From the NCBI GenBank assembly GCA_965223505.1, contig CBDCWP010000013.1:160001-224000 (forward strand): DNA of 64,000 bases. The letters are read 5' to 3'. The position numbers were made by a program, and so were the translations under genes. The notes beneath the pieces were generated by a model that saw only the letters and a list, made by a program, of their open reading frames with translations, was not told where the DNA came from and searched no databases. This document shows positions 10,183 to 19,785 of the stretch, piece by piece. Numbering within the stretch: the first letter of the stretch is position 1; every line of letters begins with the position of its first letter. This DNA comes from Planctomycetota bacterium (GTDB lineage Bacteria > Planctomycetota > PLA2 > JAEUHO01).

Positions 10183-11076
10183 CTAAGATGCAGGTTGGCG
10201 ATCGTTATCGTGGCTCGCCTGCTCGCGTTTGGCCAGTTCGAACGGTTCCTTAAAGGTTAATGTCCGATAGGGAAATGGTATCTCGATGCCGGCGTCGTCA
10301 AGGGCTCGCTTGACGGCTGCGACCACTTGATCTCGCGAACTACGGATGTCGACAGGTTGGGAGCCGGTCCACCAGGCGACTTCGAAATCGATGCTGCTTG
10401 GACCAAATGCCTGAGCAAAGATCTGCACCTCGTGATCGTTGTCGACGCTCTCTAGCGTCGTCACGGCTTGGCGGATCACGTCGCGGGCGTGATCGACATC
10501 TTCGCCATAGGCGACCCCGCAAATGATCGTCACGCGCCGATGATCGAGATCCGTCCGCACGGTAACGGGGTTTTTAAACAGCTGCGCGTTTGGTATCACC
10601 ACGCGTTGCCCGTCGGTTTGACGCAGGTGGGTATCGCGAATGGTAATCTGTTCCACCCGTCCCTCAATGTTTCCGGTTTCGATGAAATCTTTAATGGCAA
10701 ACGGCTCTCGAAGCAAAATTAAAACACCGGCAAAGAAGTTTTCAAAAATATCCTTAAAGGCGAAGCCGATGGCGATCGACCCGAGCCCGAGCGTGGTCAA
10801 CACTCTGGCCGGCGTGAGGGTGGGAAACACAATGAGGGCGGCGGCGAGAAGCCCGATGGTCCACAGGGTGGATGCGATCAACTTTTGACCCAATTCAACG
10901 AGTGAGGCGCGGAACCGGAAGCGCGACAGAAGCGCAGCGGCTAGAGGACGGATGATGCGGTTGAGTAGCCATGTGGCGGCTAAAACCAATAGGCCAAAGC
11001 CAAGCTGCGGTAAGTGCGCGAGAAAAGCCTGACTCATGCCGCGCAATTGCTCCGAGATAATCTGAAGGGCTTCCAT
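10183..11076 (-). CDS. mscS: Small-conductance mechanosensitive channel
   Basis: IGFAFKDIFENFFAG, IPNAQL, GIEIPFP. Confidence 0.9.
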   Translation of the reverse strand: MEALQIISEQLRGMSQAFLAHLPQLGFGLLVLAATWLLNRIIRPLAAALLSRFRFRASLVELGQKLIASTLWTIGLLAAALIVFPTLTPARVLTTLGLGSIAIGFAFKDIFENFFAGVLILLREPFAIKDFIETGNIEGRVEQITIRDTHLRQTDGQRVVIPNAQLFKNPVTVRTDLDHRRVTIICGVAYGEDVDHARDVIRQAVTTLESVDNDHEVQIFAQAFGPSSIDFEVAWWTGSQPVDIRSSRDQVVAAVKRALDDAGIEIPFPYRTLTFKEPFELAKREQASHDNDRQPAS

Positions 11077-11180
11077 GCGTGTCGTGCTCCTGTGTATGGT
11101 CCTAAAACGACGCGGAGTAACGCCTTGCCACCAGGTATGTCGCCTGCGCTTACCCCGCGTTCCTTCATCAGCTATCTAGC

Positions 11181-11196
11181 CGCAAATGTTATGCCA
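11181..11196 (-). promoter_or_regulatory. sigma54 promoter of mscS
   Basis: TGGCATAACATTTGCG on the minus strand. Confidence 0.75.
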
Positions 11197-11252
11197 TGTG
11201 AAGACCACCCAAGGCGCGCATCAAACCCATTTTGGCCTGTTTAGCCCGCACG

Positions 11253-11268
11253 TGGCACAAATTTTGCT
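11253..11268 (+). promoter_or_regulatory. sigma54 promoter of the lipoprotein gene
   Basis: TGGCACAAATTTTGCT. Confidence 0.85.
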
Positions 11269-11337
11269 GATATTAAGGGCGCAGGAGAGTTAACGGCTAA
11301 TGTGTCAACCCGACTTGAGCATCGTAAAGGAGATCGT

Positions 11338-11787
11338 ATGCCTATCATGAAGTGGATCATGGTAATCGCGTCAATATTCGCCGTGATGGCTTGCGGCCAA
11401 CAAGAAACGACGCAATCTGCTACGGAGGACGTTAAGTCTTCCGCCGCAGAACTAAAACGCGAGAGCAAAGAATTGTTGGGCGCCATCCGTGATTTTACCA
11501 TGGATCAGAAAGAAATTTTGCAACAAAAAGTCCGTCAACAATTATCGACTTTTGACGATAAGATCGACCATTTACAAGCTAAAGCAGAAAATGCTAACGA
11601 CGAGGCTAAAGCTCAATGGGATGCCCTGTCTATTGATATGAAGAAAAAGCTTGAGGTGGCTGAGCAACGTGCAGAACGTCTAAAAGACGTTAGCGCCGAC
11701 AAGTGGGATGACGTTAAAGCCAGTTTATCTGCCGCTTTGGAAGATATTGAAGAGGCCTACAATAGGGCTGTTGCGCGTTTGCAATAA
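11338..11787 (+). CDS. Coiled-coil (apolipoprotein/LEA-like) lipoprotein
   Basis: Lipobox-like VMAC, charged helical body ending ADKWDDVK; AAGGAG RBS. Confidence 0.75.
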   Translation: MPIMKWIMVIASIFAVMACGQQETTQSATEDVKSSAAELKRESKELLGAIRDFTMDQKEILQQKVRQQLSTFDDKIDHLQAKAENANDEAKAQWDALSIDMKKKLEVAEQRAERLKDVSADKWDDVKASLSAALEDIEEAYNRAVARLQ

Positions 11788-11880
11788 GTTCGTGTGGACT
11801 CGGTCTCGGAGCTCCGGGCTGATGGCGATATGGTAGTCCAGCGAGTCCACCCACAGATGGCCTTTCCCTGTTCAGGCTGT

Positions 11881-12590
11881 AAACGCAGTTTGTTTCCTGC
11901 CATTGTCGACATCATTATCCTAGATGACAACGGGATGCGCACCTAATACTACTTTGTCATTTTGCCAACATGTGAGCAGCCCTCGTGATTGAGGATACGG
12001 GCCTAGGCATCCCTGAGGCGCTACAGGAGCGAGTGTTTGAACCCTTTTTTTCCCACCAAGCCGGTGGGGGAAGGCGCGGGTCTTCGGTTCTCATTTTGCA
12101 AAGGCATTATCGAAAACCACGACGGCCGTCTAGCCGTTGAGAACGCGCCCCAACGCGGCGCCGCGGTTCGCGTCGAGTTGCCCATTAGGCCGGCCGCCAA
12201 GGCAAACGCATTCTAATCATTGATGATGAAGATAGTATTCGACGCGCCTTGTCACGACTTCTCAGTCCTGATGGCTATCGCGTGGAGACGGCGGCCAATG
12301 GGCGCTTAGCGCTCGAACAAATCGCATTGACCGCCTACAATCTTCTCATTTTCGACTGGCGCATGCCCGAACTCGACGGCCAGGGCTTTTATCAAGCGTT
12401 ACAGGAGAACAACCCCGAACTTTGCCGCCGCGTGATCTTTTTGACCGGCGATGTGTTGAGCCCTGATCTCGAAGCTTGTATTGACCAGAGCCCGACGGCT
12501 CGGTTGCATAAACCGTTTAGCGCCGCTGCTTGTCGCCGGATTGTTCATCAGACGTTGCAGCGCCTTGAAGCATCGGGCGACTCCCCTTGA
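11881..12590 (+). pseudogene. Degraded hybrid histidine kinase (possible PAC relic, frameshifted HATPase, REC domain)
   Basis: LVIEDTGLGIPEALQERVFEPFF, frameshift at the T7 run 12045-12051, PTKPVGEGAG...RVELP, second frame change, then GKRILIIDDEDSIRRAL REC; no HisKA domain and no start codon. Confidence 0.75.
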
Positions 12591-12789
12591 GGGCATGATA
12601 AATCAACGCGCCGCCGCCAGCGACGAGAGCCAGGTGACCGAGCGAACGGCGCAAACCATAGCACGCGAGAGCGGCGCCGCCTACAAAAGACGCCAGCCGC
12701 TCGGCGTTGCTCATCGAGGTCGGAACAGGACATTCAGGAACGGGTCGGGGATCGCCAGGCGAGGCCTGGGCTGTCGTTGTTTGTGTCAT
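12517..12789 (-). CDS. DUF2892-like membrane protein, probably 3'-truncated
   Basis: NAERLASFVGGAALACYGLRR...GGALIYHALKG; 3' end overlaps the convergent REC relic. Confidence 0.6.
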   Translation of the reverse strand: MTQTTTAQASPGDPRPVPECPVPTSMSNAERLASFVGGAALACYGLRRSLGHLALVAGGGALIYHALKGSRPMLQGAATSDEQSGDKQRR

Positions 12790-13316
12790 TATTGCTTCAC
12801 CGCCTCTTCTCTTGTTGACTCCGCTTCAACACCCATCATGGTGACTTCGCGCTTTCGTTCATACCGCTCATCGGTGGACGCATTAGGGGTCTCCGTGGCT
12901 GGCTGAAACCAATCGCCCAGACCATCCCAGACGCCGCACATCCAGTCGCAAACCGATTGCAACAGGCCCGGGCTAGCTAATGCGCCTGACGGCGAGGCCT
13001 CTTGGCGCGAGCGCGCCAGCCATGCGTAAGCGGCGCTCAGACCCACGACGCCCAAAATGAGCAAGACGACATCAAAACCCTTGTGCGGACGCCGCTGCTT
13101 CAACAGCGACAGACGTTGCGCTCGACGCCACTTGGGGAGATGCAGAGGGCGCAAATCAGAAGAGGCATCCTCTAGCAAGTCCCCGACGCGATGCGAAGCA
13201 GACAAGAGCTGCGCCCGTGTGCGAGCGCGACGCTGCCGCCCGCGAGCAGGATCCATCCAGTACATCATGCCCGCTCCAAGCCCAATGCTGCCGAGTAAAA
13301 ACCATTCTCGTTTCAT
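12789..13316 (-). CDS. YtxH/BON-N-terminus-like membrane protein
   Basis: GLGAGMMYWMDPARGRQRRA motif; AAGGAAGG RBS. Confidence 0.6.
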   Translation of the reverse strand: MKREWFLLGSIGLGAGMMYWMDPARGRQRRARTRAQLLSASHRVGDLLEDASSDLRPLHLPKWRRAQRLSLLKQRRPHKGFDVVLLILGVVGLSAAYAWLARSRQEASPSGALASPGLLQSVCDWMCGVWDGLGDWFQPATETPNASTDERYERKREVTMMGVEAESTREEAVKQ

Positions 13317-13373
13317 AGGTGAACCTTCCTTTCAGGTCACTACCGCCGTAAAGTCGACATTTTCTTGCAAACT

Positions 13374-13772
13374 TTAGACGTTAGATGGATAAACTTCAAA
13401 CCCGCCTATGGATTGCCTGATCCAATCCAACAAGCCGCGCCATTCATCGAGATCAAATGGCTTCTTCATGGTCTCTTTAGCGCCGAGGTCATGAGCCAAG
13501 GACAGCTTTTCGCGGTTTGCTGACATCGCGATGATGATGGCTGCTGGGTCATCACGGTGAATGGCTTTGATTAACTCCAAGCCGTTCATTTCCGGCATAT
13601 AAATATCCGATATCACAGCATCGATTGCTAACTCTTGATAGCGTTGAAGCCCCTCGCGACCATTTTGCGCCTCGACCACTACGCAATCTAAGCTCTCCAA
13701 AAATGTACGTAGGAGCTCTCGGATCTCGGCTTCATCTTCAACGAGAAGAATCTTTACTTGTGTGGGACGCAT
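13374..13772 (-). CDS. Single-domain response regulator (CheY-like)
   Basis: ILLVEDE, VISDIYMPEMNG, KPF. Confidence 0.9.
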   Translation of the reverse strand: MRPTQVKILLVEDEAEIRELLRTFLESLDCVVVEAQNGREGLQRYQELAIDAVISDIYMPEMNGLELIKAIHRDDPAAIIIAMSANREKLSLAHDLGAKETMKKPFDLDEWRGLLDWIRQSIGGFEVYPSNV

Positions 13773-13995
13773 CGTATTTCCCCCATCTCTTGACATCGAT
13801 CGTAATGACCTGGCTCGGAGCCGACTCAGGCGTTGCGGAGAAAACATGTCGCCATCCGGTTGAGCGCTACTCAACTGCTAGTTACAGCGTATCGACCAAA
13901 GCCGATGGCGCCAGATGCTTGGGCGGTTCAGCGCCCACAGCTAGGCTCAATGCCAAGGCGAGCCTACGCATTTCAATCTGTCTCAGGCAGGAAAA

Positions 13996-14011
13996 CGCAA
14001 GATTTATGCCA
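13996..14011 (-). promoter_or_regulatory. sigma54 promoter of the response regulator unit
   Basis: TGGCATAAATCTTGCG on the minus strand. Confidence 0.75.
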
Positions 14012-14155
14012 ACATACCAGTGCGTCCACGTTTTCCTTAAGGCGAGACGCGACTTCTCGAGGCAGTTTCACTTCATCCGTATGCGCCCAGCTCTTTGGGC
14101 CTACCAAATCCCCATTGTCCGCACGAGGGAAGACGTCACACTCAGCCTGTCGGTG

Positions 14156-14189
14156 TCTCGTTTTAAAAATCACCCCTCTCAAATTGAGA
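14156..14189. promoter_or_regulatory. Putative tandem UAS shared by divergent sigma54 promoters
   Basis: TCTCGTTTTAAAA at 14156 and perfect TCTCAAATTGAGA at 14177 (21-bp period). Confidence 0.65.
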
Positions 14190-14301
14190 GACCGAGACTC
14201 CTATGGTAACCCACACCCGCAGGCCATGTGCGGTTGGCGCCAAGGCGAAAGATGCCGTTTATATGACAATACTTGAATCCAACGCTTGCTGTTGATTGCA
14301 A

Positions 14302-14317
14302 TGGCACAAAACTTGCC
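14302..14317 (+). promoter_or_regulatory. sigma54 promoter towards the usp/PRC genes
   Basis: TGGCACAAAACTTGCC. Confidence 0.8.
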
Positions 14318-14888
14318 CTGATGACATGATGCCGCGCCGCAGAGCCCGGATCATCATCGAGCAAGGTGGCAAGGGTTTCGGTGGGTAAGCCGGTGTTAAT
14401 GTAATTGGCAAGAGGATTGTTCTATGCGCAAAGGAGGGACTTTCGCCTGGCCCAGGCGAAAGCAAGCCCTGGCGGCATGGCCCGCGGTCGTGACAATTTG
14501 GGCGCTGCTGACAACCTCTGGGGCAGTTTATGCCGCAAACCAAACGGTTCGGTGATTCAAAATGCCGCCCCGGTCTTGTGAAGGTCAACCGTCGCTGCCT
14601 GCGGGTCCCCGACGTGTGACTGCGGAGCGCTGCGCCTGGTGTCGAAAACCCATGATCCCTGTGAGGCGACGGTGGCCGCAGGCGGGTGTCGGCAGGGCAG
14701 CGGGATGTGTTGCGTCTGCGAGGGCCTTCACACCTCGGCGGCGTGTGGAGAAGATTCATGCGCATGTGGCGCAACGCAAGCACCGGTAGAGATCAATGCC
14801 CCGTACGAGTTGGTGTCTCCGGCGGGCTCCTGCCGCTTGAGTAGTGGCGCCGCGCGCACATACTTGGATTTTAACATAGGAGTAGGGG

Positions 14889-15362
14889 ATGGATAATATC
14901 AAAGCTATTCAGCACATCCTGACGCCGATTGATTTTGGCAAGGCCTCCGATCATGCCTTAACAATGGCTATACAGCTTGGACAGGTTCTGAAAGCTCGGC
15001 TAACTCTGATGCATGTCGTGCAGACGCCTTCGATAGTCGGATTCGATCCTGGCATGGGTGTCGCGCAGTATATGGATGAGATAACTGTGCAAGCGAAACA
15101 ATCATTGGCGCAATACGCACAGCGCGTGCAAGAAGCTGGACTCGTTTGCGAGACCGTGACGGAGATCGGGTCGCCATTTCAGTTGATTGTCGACTACGCC
15201 GAGACGCAACAAGTCGATATGATTGTCATGGGAACTCATGGCCACACGGGCTTGCAGCATATGTTACTTGGCAGTGTAGCGGAGCGAGTGGTGCGTCTGT
15301 CGAAGTGCCCAGTGCTAGTCACTCCAGGAGCTCAGGAAGAGTCCGCAACTGATGAAAACTAG
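14889..15362 (+). CDS. Universal stress protein (UspA family)
   Basis: ILTPIDF, IVMGTHGHTG...LLGSVAERVVR..CPVLV. Confidence 0.95.
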   Translation: MDNIKAIQHILTPIDFGKASDHALTMAIQLGQVLKARLTLMHVVQTPSIVGFDPGMGVAQYMDEITVQAKQSLAQYAQRVQEAGLVCETVTEIGSPFQLIVDYAETQQVDMIVMGTHGHTGLQHMLLGSVAERVVRLSKCPVLVTPGAQEESATDEN

Positions 15363-15472
15363 AAATAAAAGTTATCTGACAGCGGGCGGCGCTATTCATG
15401 GGTCGGCTGAGATAAAGGCAAGGTTGATAGAAACATAGACCACGAACTACTACAGTAAAGGGAGATAGCATT

Positions 15473-15988
15473 ATGAAGCGAATCGTTATATGGAGTAGCG
15501 CTATCATGTTGACGATGGCGATTGCAGGGATAAATATATACGCCCAGCAACAAAATCCATCACCTCAAGAAAAAACTGAAGAAAAAGTAGACGAAAAAAC
15601 AGAGGAAAAAATCGAGGAGAAGAATCTCTCGAAGCAGGAAGCGCAAACTGATTCTTCAGATAGTTCAAGCGTCTCCACAGAACAAGAGACGCCACGTCAT
15701 CCCTCAGCTGAGACGGCCTCAACCGTACAGGGCGTTATGCTGGCGTCCGACACAATTATAGGCGCAAAGGTTAGAAATGAGGAAGGTGACGCGGTCGGCG
15801 AGATACAGCGGTTGCTCATCAGCCCGCGATACGGCACGGTTTTGTATGCGGAGTTGGGAGTGGGCGGTTTCTTAGGTATGGGAGAAAAAACGATTATGGT
15901 GCCGTGGAAAGCCATTGAAATCGCACGCAATGGTGATTCATTGGTGCTCAACACGTCAAAGCAGTTGCTTCAAAAAAAAGCTGAGTAA
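15473..15988 (+). CDS. Exported PRC-barrel domain protein
   Basis: Signal peptide, low-complexity E/K linker, GGFLGMGEKTIMVPW. Confidence 0.85.
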   Translation: MKRIVIWSSAIMLTMAIAGINIYAQQQNPSPQEKTEEKVDEKTEEKIEEKNLSKQEAQTDSSDSSSVSTEQETPRHPSAETASTVQGVMLASDTIIGAKVRNEEGDAVGEIQRLLISPRYGTVLYAELGVGGFLGMGEKTIMVPWKAIEIARNGDSLVLNTSKQLLQKKAE

Positions 15989-16019
15989 ATTCTCGCAGAC
16001 CGCATTCCCGATAATCTAT

Positions 16020-16065
16020 AGGTTTTCGGCAAAAGCTGACAGGTTTTGCCGAAAACCTTGTCAGG
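16020..16065. repeat. Palindromic element between convergent genes (terminator or REP-like)
   Basis: AGGTTTTCGGCAAAA/TTTTGCCGAAAACCT 15-bp stem; alternative CTGACAGGTTTT...AAAACCTTGTCAG hairpin. Confidence 0.6.
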
Positions 16066-16067
16066 CT

Positions 16068-16940
16068 TTATTTAGATTCCCCAACTTCAATTGTTAATCC
16101 CTCAAAAGCGGCGGTGCAACAAGCCTCTGGATGCCGTTGCTGCAGCCACAGGTGAGTTTCTTCTTGAATAGCATCGAGTTCGTCATCCGCGCGTTCCGGG
16201 TCGTGGTGAAATAGGACGAGATGTTTTACCTCAGCCGCTGCCGCGAGCTCTCGAACCTGGCTGACGAGGCTATGTCCCCAACCGTGCTTATGAGGCATAT
16301 CGCTTTCGAGGTACTGGGCGTCGTGGATGAGCACATCGGCCTGACGACAAAACTCGACAAAGGACTCAAACGAAGTCGTTTTTGTATAGGGCGGTTCGAG
16401 TTCGTTATCGGTTAGATAGACCACGACATGTCCTTCATGCTCAATGCGATACCCTGAACTGCGACCGGGATGATTCGTCTCGATCTCCGAAATGCCGAAC
16501 CCTTGATGGTTCAGAAACTTCATCACGTCGTGGACAACACATTGCGTTTGCGAAGGCAGATTGCCTGCTTGGACCGGAAAATGGGCCCCATCCATTTGCT
16601 CTAGAGCAGTACACCATAAGGTTTCCCCAGAGGGGGTCGGAAAAATATAAATCCGCCGATCCGCTTGATAGAGGGGTTGAAAGAAAGGCAACCCCTGGAT
16701 GTGATCCCAATGGGGATGGGATAATAGAATGAATAAATCGCTATCGTCACTGGCCAGAACCTGTCCGAGTTGACGAATGCCGGTCCCTGCGTCGAGTATT
16801 AACCGCTGGCCTGTCGATAGCTCTACGCTGACACAAGACGTATTGCCGCCATACCGCATGGTCGAAGCGCCTGGGCTCGGAATGGAACCACGCACGCCCC
16901 AAAATTGAATGGTGATTGAGGCGGGTGAGGAAGTCATCAT
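16068..16940 (-). CDS. MBL-fold metallo-hydrolase (cyclic phosphodiesterase-like)
   Basis: FWGVRGSIP, GGNTSCV, SHPHWDHIQG, GWGHS, LFHHDP; AAGGAG RBS before ATG 16940. Confidence 0.9.
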   Translation of the reverse strand: MMTSSPASITIQFWGVRGSIPSPGASTMRYGGNTSCVSVELSTGQRLILDAGTGIRQLGQVLASDDSDLFILLSHPHWDHIQGLPFFQPLYQADRRIYIFPTPSGETLWCTALEQMDGAHFPVQAGNLPSQTQCVVHDVMKFLNHQGFGISEIETNHPGRSSGYRIEHEGHVVVYLTDNELEPPYTKTTSFESFVEFCRQADVLIHDAQYLESDMPHKHGWGHSLVSQVRELAAAAEVKHLVLFHHDPERADDELDAIQEETHLWLQQRHPEACCTAAFEGLTIEVGESK

Positions 16941-17247
16941 CGTCTCCTTGTCTTTCAAGTTGCTTAAGCAAGTGGCGTAGCCAAGTTGCACAGATTCATC
17001 CGCCATCATAGATACTCTTTGACGCTGCTGAACTCATGAAGCCCAAAGCGATAATGCAACCTGACAGCGTTCTAATAAAACGTTTAAGGCATCTTTCTTG
17101 AAGAATTTTATGTCTTCGCTGTTGCCTGTGACATCAAACCTCACAGCTCCTGAGAGCACACTCTATACCAAATATAATAAAACAACTCTTAACATTGTGC
17201 AACGCACCAGTGAAGGACCATCGCAATGTATCTATGAGAGGAGCGCC

Positions 17248-17409
17248 GTCGCTCGTCCGCATCTATTGATCAAAATCCCCGAGGCGGACGCAGGCGCGCT
17301 GGCGATAGAAATGGCTCACGATTCAGTCGCCTGGCAACGTCGCTACGAAGGAGTTCAAAAATTTATCGGTCCGCTCGACACGCTCATGCAGACTCTGGCG
17401 GACAAGATC
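17248..17409 (+). pseudogene. Transaldolase relic with a large internal deletion
   Basis: VARPHLLIKIPEADAG resembles the RPNLMIKIP catalytic-Lys motif and is joined directly to VAWQRRYEGVQKFIGPLDTLMQTLADK, which resembles the transaldolase C-terminus. Confidence 0.55.
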
Positions 17410-17466
17410 GATGACCAGCAATCGTTTCTGGCCAATTCGATGTCGGCTCTGCGACTTGTTGATTCA

Positions 17467-17500
17467 TTTCATTTTGAAATACCTAGGTTTTATATTGAGA
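17467..17500. promoter_or_regulatory. Putative tandem UAS upstream of the catalase promoter
   Basis: TTTCATTTTGAAA at 17467 and TTTTATATTGAGA at 17488 (21-bp period). Confidence 0.6.
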
Positions 17501-17555
17501 GGTGATGGGTCCAAAAACTGACCGACAGGGGTGAAATTTAGATGAGTTATAGAAT

Positions 17556-17571
17556 CGGCATAAAAATTGCC
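17556..17571 (+). promoter_or_regulatory. sigma54 promoter of the catalase gene
   Basis: CGGCATAAAAATTGCC (GG-N10-GC). Confidence 0.7.
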
Positions 17572-17651
17572 CATTCCATGACAAGATGACTCATAGGGTT
17601 GGTTTGTTGTCGAGGCAACCGACCGCGTCACAATTAATAAGGAGGTTCACC

Positions 17652-19160
17652 ATGGCGCAGGAAGATCAAAAGCTTACCACAGCGGCGGGGATACCCGTGC
17701 CGAATAATCAGGAATCCCTCACAGCGGGCCCACGCGGTCCCGTTCTCATGCAAGATTATCACCTCTTTGAAAAGTTGGCCCGCTTCAACCGGGAGCGCAT
17801 TCCGGAACGGGTGGTGCATGCCAAGGGCTATGGCGCCTATGGCGCGTTTACCGTGACGCAGGATATCACTCGCTACACGAGGGCCAATATCTTTGCAGAG
17901 GTAGGCAAAGCAACGGAATGCTTTTGCCGTTTCTCCACCGTTGGAGGAGAGGCGGGATCGGCGGATACGGCTCGCGACCCGCGCGGCTTCGCCATGAAGT
18001 TTTACACGGAGGAAGGCAACTGGGATCTGGCTGGCAATAACACGCCCATCTTTTTTGTGCGCGATCCGATAAAGTTCCCCGATTTCATCCACACGCAGAA
18101 ACGCGAACCTCGCTCGCACCTCAAGCCGAATTGGATGAAGTGGGATTTCTGGTCGCTGTCGCCGGAATCCCTGCACCAAGTTCTCATCCTCTTCAGCGAC
18201 CGCGGCACGCCGAAATCCGCTCGTTTTATGAATGGCTACGGTAGCCATACCTTTAGTTTCATCAACCACCAAGACGAGCGCTTCTGGGTGAAGTTCCATG
18301 TCAAGACGAGGCAAGGCATCGAGAATTTTACCGAGGCCGAAGCGATGCGAATGGCCGGTGAAGCGCCCGATTATTCCACTCGCGATTTGTTCGAAGCGAT
18401 CGAACGCGGCGACTATCCCCAATGGACGATGTACGTCCAGATCATGCCGGAAGAAGAGGCCGAGACCTATCGGATTCACCCCTTTGACCTGACCAAGGTG
18501 TGGTATCACAGCGATTACCCACTGATTGAAGTCGGCGTCATGGAGCTCAACCGCAATCCGGAGAACTATTTCGCCGAGGTGGAGCAAGCGGTGTTCGAGC
18601 CCAACAATGTTGTTCCCGGCATTGGTTTTTCTCCTGATAAAATGTTGCAAAATCGCGTCATTTCCTATCAGGACGCGCATCGCTATCGGCTCGGCGTCAA
18701 CTATGACCAAATACCTGTCAACCAGGCTAAGCACGCTAACGTGAATACCTATCATCGCGATGGCGTGATGCGTGTGGACGGCAATGATGGTCGGCAAGTA
18801 AATTACGAACCCAACAGCTTTGGGGGGCCAGCCGAAGCGCCGGAATACCGCGAACCGCCGCTGCGCATCGACGGGAACGCCGACCGCTACAACAGCTACC
18901 CGTGCGACGACGACGACTATTACGAGCAGCCAGGGCGGTTCTACCGCCAGGCGCTCGACGACACGGGGCGTCAGCATCTGGTGGAGAATCTCATAGGCAG
19001 CTTGCAAGATGTTCCTAACGAGATTCTGTTGCGGCAGCTCTATCACTTTCATAAGGCGGATGAGGAACTCGGCGAGCGCGTGGCGCAGGGACTTAAAGTC
19101 GCCATGGAGGAAGCCCTGAGCCGCGCTACGGCGGAAAACGGCGCGGCTGCGAAGCGCTAA
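17652..19160 (+). CDS. katA: Monofunctional heme catalase (small subunit)
   Basis: [15 protein letters not shown] active-site motif, [12 protein letters not shown] proximal Tyr motif; AAGGAGG RBS. Confidence 0.95.
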   Translation: MAQEDQKLTTAAGIPVPNNQESLTAGPRGPVLMQDYHLFEKLARFNRERIPERVVHAKGYGAYGAFTVTQDITRYTRANIFAEVGKATECFCRFSTVGGEAGSADTARDPRGFAMKFYTEEGNWDLAGNNTPIFFVRDPIKFPDFIHTQKREPRSHLKPNWMKWDFWSLSPESLHQVLILFSDRGTPKSARFMNGYGSHTFSFINHQDERFWVKFHVKTRQGIENFTEAEAMRMAGEAPDYSTRDLFEAIERGDYPQWTMYVQIMPEEEAETYRIHPFDLTKVWYHSDYPLIEVGVMELNRNPENYFAEVEQAVFEPNNVVPGIGFSPDKMLQNRVISYQDAHRYRLGVNYDQIPVNQAKHANVNTYHRDGVMRVDGNDGRQVNYEPNSFGGPAEAPEYREPPLRIDGNADRYNSYPCDDDDYYEQPGRFYRQALDDTGRQHLVENLIGSLQDVPNEILLRQLYHFHKADEELGERVAQGLKVAMEEALSRATAENGAAAKR

Positions 19161-19208
19161 AGACATAGAGAGGGGGAGGGCGCATCGCCTTTCCCCTGCG
19201 CCGATGAA

Positions 19209-19319
19209 CCGGTGATAGTGCGCTTGAGCGATTTTGAGACGAATGAGGACGACGAACTCATTGGCGGCAAAGCCTTAGAGCCTAAAGAAAAAAATCCCAT
19301 GCTCGGCTTCCGCGGCTCG
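19209..19319 (+). pseudogene. Internal fragment of phosphoenolpyruvate synthase (ppsA-like)
   Basis: PVIVRLSDFETNEDDELIGGKALEPKEKNPMLGFRGS matches the PEP-utilising C-terminal motif; no start codon. Confidence 0.75.
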
Positions 19320-19342
19320 GCGCAGACTCGGCAATGAAGACT

Positions 19343-19431
19343 CCCCGCAGCAAGCTACGGGGTTTCAAAAGGAAGATTCCTCTGAACCTACTCGAAGCAA
19401 GCTTCGGGGAATCGCACCCAAAGAGATTAAA
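19343..19431. mobile_element. Short non-autonomous palindromic element (IS200/IS605-type end or MITE relic)
   Basis: Two related imperfect hairpins, CCCCGCAGCAAGCTACGGGG and CTCGAAGCAAGCTTCGGG, followed by CCCAAAGAGATTAAA; no transposase. Confidence 0.55.
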
Positions 19432-19481
19432 ATTGATTGCGCCGGCATTTTAGTCACGGATCGTTACGCCGTGGCGATCAG

Positions 19482-19630
19482 CTAGCCTGGGGTCGTATCG
19501 AGAATGCGCGGCATGAGTTCAACACCAATCACCGCGATGGCGATGCCCATCGCAGTATGAAGCGCCCCGCCAATAACCCACGGCGTGCGTGCGCACGCTT
19601 TCAGCAAGGAAACCACCAATAATATTATCG
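19482..19630 (-). pseudogene. N-terminal fragment of a ZIP-family metal transporter
   Basis: ALHTAMGIAIAVIGVELMPRIL resembles ZIP TM2; truncated next to the palindromic element. Confidence 0.5.
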
Positions 19631-19785
19631 CTAGCTGGCAGCAGCGATGCATACAACTAACAAAACTCATTCATAAGGATTCTTAGTAACTCTCTGCGCT
19701 ATATCAAATATGAGCACTCGATTATCATGTCTTCCCCGTTGCCTGAGAGAATCTCTCAATCTTTAGTCTCGGCTTTCTACAAGGC

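Noticed and set aside
14406..14421. Second sigma54-like box TGGCAAGAGGATTGTT
   Set aside because: It lacks the -12 GC, and a better box lies at 14302
16967..16983. sigma54-like box TGGCTACGCCACTTGCT upstream of the MBL hydrolase
   Set aside because: GG-GC spacing is 11 nt, not the required 10
17634..19166. 510-aa antisense ORF
   Set aside because: It mirrors the catalase gene; a codon-bias shadow with no recognisable motifs
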